From NCBI GenBank assembly GCA_047495785.1, contig JBLDXI010000015.1, positions 4,030,001 through 4,094,000 on the forward strand: 64,000 nucleotides of DNA, given 5' to 3'. Every line of letters begins with the position of its first letter. Positions within the stretch are counted from its first letter, which is position 1. The position numbers and the translations under genes were made by a program. Of this stretch, positions 61,727 to 64,000 are shown one piece after another. The notes under the pieces are model-generated. The model was not told where the DNA came from, did not search any database, and saw only the letters and a program-made list of their open reading frames with translations. Source of the DNA: Lepidodermella squamata (taxonomy: Eukaryota; Animalia; Gastrotricha).

Positions 61727-62478
61727 ATGGCAGCAAGTCGACCAATTACTGGCAGTCGTCTGAACAACCCTCGCGAATCTGCCAGAAATTACCATTTCTC
61801 TCTCTCTCTCTCTTTCTCTGTTTGAAATGCCGTGAAATGTCGAGTTTGGAGGATGTCTTCGAGTCGTCTAATTGCGGCCATCTATTTTGTCGACGTTGCG
61901 TGACATCTTTCATCCTTGACCGCTACCTTTTACGCTGTCCGATGTACCCCCGTTGCCAGGCTGAACTGTCTCGCGAGGAAGCTGCTTTAGTCCTCGACGA
62001 GAGCGACGTTTTGGACTTCTGTACCTCGGACGTAGCTGGTGGTTTTGAAGAAGAATCGAAGCCATCTGTTGCTGGAACAACCGACTGCTTCAATTGCCCG
62101 AAGCCAGACTGCCGCGGCCTGGCTGAGATGGTGCCACCTTGCGTTCTTTTCATCTGCCCAGTTTGTAACTACCACATGTGTACCCGATGCAATACTGACT
62201 GGCATGCGACGGTTACCTGCGAAGAGTACGCGAGGTGGCGCGAAGAAAACGGAAGAAAACCGATTATTAGCACTTTCGATTGCTGCCAATGCCGCAAGAT
62301 TATGCCTAAAGAACACGTCTTCAGCATGTCGACCTGTTCTCATGAAATGTGCCACTCGTGCGCTGGCTTGTACTTCCGCAAACAAATCAGGGACAAGCAG
62401 TATCCCATTACGTCCCCACTCCCCGAATTCCACCAGATAATAGATCCAGAAGATACCTCTATCTTGTGTTTGGATTGA
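61727..62478 (+). pseudogene. Gene C6a: chimeric RING-IBR-RING(B-type) fragment, out of frame with its ATG
   Basis: ATG 61727 is out of frame with ORF 61822-62478 across a (CT)8 tract. Domain order is first RING, IBR, gene-B-type RING, with no RING2. Confidence 0.8.
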
Positions 62479-62636
62479 AATCAGATGAAAACATTCAGCC
62501 AGGATCGTTTTTAAATTTCTCGACTTGACAAGTTCGAATGATTGATCGCTTGTTTTAGTAATATCTAATTACCCATTTCTTAATATCCCAGAAATGACAA
62601 CTATGACCAAACTCTCTGCATCATTTAGGCTTTTAA

Positions 62637-64000
62637 ATGGCAACAAGTCGACCAAGCAATGCGGCAATCTGTTTTTTTTCGGCGTTGCGCGACACCTTTC
62701 ATCTTTGACGGCTATCTGTTACGCTCTCCCATGTACCCGCATTGCCAGGCTGAACTGCATCGCGAGGAAACGGCTAGAGTCATAAACGAAAGCGATATTT
62801 TGGACTTCTGCACCTTGGACGCAGCATTGAAACCGTCACAGGCTGACAATAAACGAAGCGTCGATCCCAAAACATCCAAGTGTGGCATGTGCTATGTTGT
62901 TAGTTCGGGCGACGATCTTTTCGAACTTTCTACCGTTTGTTCGCATCATATTTGTCGCGAATGTGCTACGAAGTGGCTGACAGGTGCTCCAAGCAGATTC
63001 TCAGCAAGCATTAGATATTGTCCGATTCCGGACTGTATAATCAGATTTGAGCAAAGTCGGAGGGAACCCTTGTTCCAATTCGCTGACTTGCTGCCTTCTC
63101 CGCCTCCGGAAGAATTTCCGTGTGAGATCTGCTTCACGACCCAAGTCATTTTCGAAGTCTTCAAACTTCGCGATTGCCAGCACCAGATTTGTCGCGAATG
63201 TGCTCGCGAATACATCCGCTCGCTGACTGCCGACATGAAGAATATGACGTGCCCTATGGTCGGATGCATGGTACGTAAGTATTATTTCTAAATCGCTGAT
63301 AATTTATATTAATAATTAATTAATAAATCAATCAAATTGTTATCGATAATTTCTGAGTATTATCATTTCAATATTGATTTTACAAATCAGTGATTGTTCC
63401 GATATTAGCAGTCTAGGAAGCCTGCGTTGAACGTTGCCACCTAGCTGAAAACTATAGCAGAATCACAGGGTAAACGGGGAACCAGTCAAGAATACATAAG
63501 CAAAGAATCAGAAAAACTTAGCATGAGCACGCCTAAATTTAGAGTTAGAACGTCAATTTTAGTTGTGAAAACGTTACGGCCCTTAGTTTTTTTAATGCTT
63601 CGCTTGTTTAATTCTACTTTTTAGGGAGAACTGACACTTGAAGATGCCGAAACTGTCATCGAAGCAGATGAAATGAAGCGCCTTACTGACATGCTGCTGA
63701 AAAAAGCTGTCATCGACTGCTTCCATTGCCCGAAGCCAGACTGCCCCGGCCTGGCCGAGATGATCCCACCTTGCGTTCGATTCATCTGCCCAGTTTGTAA
63801 CTATAACATGTGTACGCAGTGCAACGCTGACTGGCATGCGACGGTCACCTGCGAAGAGTACGCGAGGTGGCGCGAAGAAAACGGAGCCGCTGATCAGCGG
63901 TTTACTGACTACGTCCGCGATAAGAAAGTCCAGGTCTGCCCGGCTTGCAAGCAGGGTGTCGAAAAAACCGAGGGCTGCAACCACATGACATGCCGCTGTG
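62637..64000 (+). pseudogene. Gene C6b: RBR gene with damaged first RING; 3' end runs off the window
   Basis: Native ATG 62637 is out of frame. ORF 62659-63270 splices to 63624 (IBR, RING2 GCNH); it could still be translated from 62659. Confidence 0.7.

Noticed and set aside
1-64000. Assigning a species or named gene symbols (ariadne, RNF144/217, CHRNA)
   Set aside because: Sequences are too divergent and lineage-specific to assign orthology without phylogenetic analysis.

Overview
Eukaryotic (invertebrate-animal-like) genomic DNA with short GT-AG introns. The window is a tandemly duplicated, rapidly turning-over gene array of about six units, interleaved with transposons. The + strand carries a closely spaced ubiquitin-system cassette. 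Gene A is a catalytically dead herpes-tegument-like (VTD/peptidase C76-like) domain + coiled coil + RBR E3 ligase. Gene B is an apparently active VTD-type deubiquitinase (SQY..SAC..FDSH) + coiled coil + one RING1-type finger (6 copies). Gene C is a poly-RING RBR E3 ligase (RINGn-IBR-RING2, 7 copies or fragments) whose RING modules are shuffled between copies. The - strand carries intronless, divergent Cys-loop ligand-gated ion channel genes lacking the canonical acetylcholine-site residues (4 apparently intact, 2 degraded) and two CD225/dispanin-like membrane proteins. Mobile elements include a nested MITE > CACTA-type element > full-length LINE, an intact Crypton-type tyrosine recombinase, a truncated RTE-like LINE inserted in a DUB exon, a MULE remnant and several MITEs. 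The most notable candidate for an undescribed system is the VTD-DUB / pseudo-DUB / RBR ubiquitin-editing cassette. All family assignments come from manual motif reading; no database searches were run.
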